Source: Octopus sinensis
Taxonomy: Eukaryota
Direction of reading: 5' to 3'
NCBI RefSeq assembly: GCF_006345805.1
Contig: NC_043006.1
Coordinates: 42,346,001 to 42,410,000 of the forward strand
Length of the DNA stretch: 64,000 nucleotides
Shown here: in pieces, positions 63,963 to 64,000 of the stretch
Numbering within the stretch: the stretch's first letter is position 1
How the letters are laid out: every line of letters begins with the position of its first letter
Made by a program: the position numbers and the translations under genes
The notes under the pieces: model-generated
What the model saw: only the letters and a program-made list of their open reading frames with translations
Database searches by the model: none
What the model was told of the DNA's origin: nothing

Positions 63963-64000
63963 GAATATTTGACCCAGATATGGCTGGATTAAATGCTAAA

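Noticed and set aside
38873-64000. TM9SF3 exon 1 (signal peptide plus DEH motif) or a second nested gene
   Set aside because: I found no convincing exon or promoter-like region by eye; the sequence is repeats and AT-rich intron. A small exon could have been missed.

Overview
AT-rich, repeat-dense eukaryotic (metazoan) genomic DNA. The SINE/LINE/MITE repertoire looks like an Octopus (coleoid cephalopod) genome; this is an inference, not a database result. One host gene is present: TM9SF3 (transmembrane 9 superfamily member 3, nonaspanin) on the minus strand. I traced 14 coding exons by hand from 38872 down to the TAA stop at 429-431. All introns are GT-AG, phases join in frame, and the exons total 1668 nt (555 aa, ending in VKID). 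The signal-peptide exon 1 was not found, so intron 1 is over 25 kb and runs past the window. The rest is intronic: at least three tRNA-derived SINE families, RTE-clade LINE fragments, a CR1-like fragment, Penelope-like repeats with hammerhead-like cores, Tc1/mariner, pogo/Tigger, hAT, piggyBac-like and Chapaev remnants, Helentron-type MITEs, microsatellites and a perfect 181-bp tandem duplication. Most notable: (i) an RTE LINE 3' UTR built from a variable-number array of a ~25-nt module that can fold as an H-type pseudoknot, amplified to a 10-unit A/B higher-order array at 52486-53101; (ii) an RTE insertion with a twin-priming-like 5' inversion; (iii) a minimal hammerhead-ribozyme-like motif in the sense strand of the last intron; (iv) genomic codons that A-to-I editing would restore to the conserved residue. 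There is no CRISPR array or other prokaryotic system. Repeat boundaries are approximate and repeat family names are inferred from recalled motifs.
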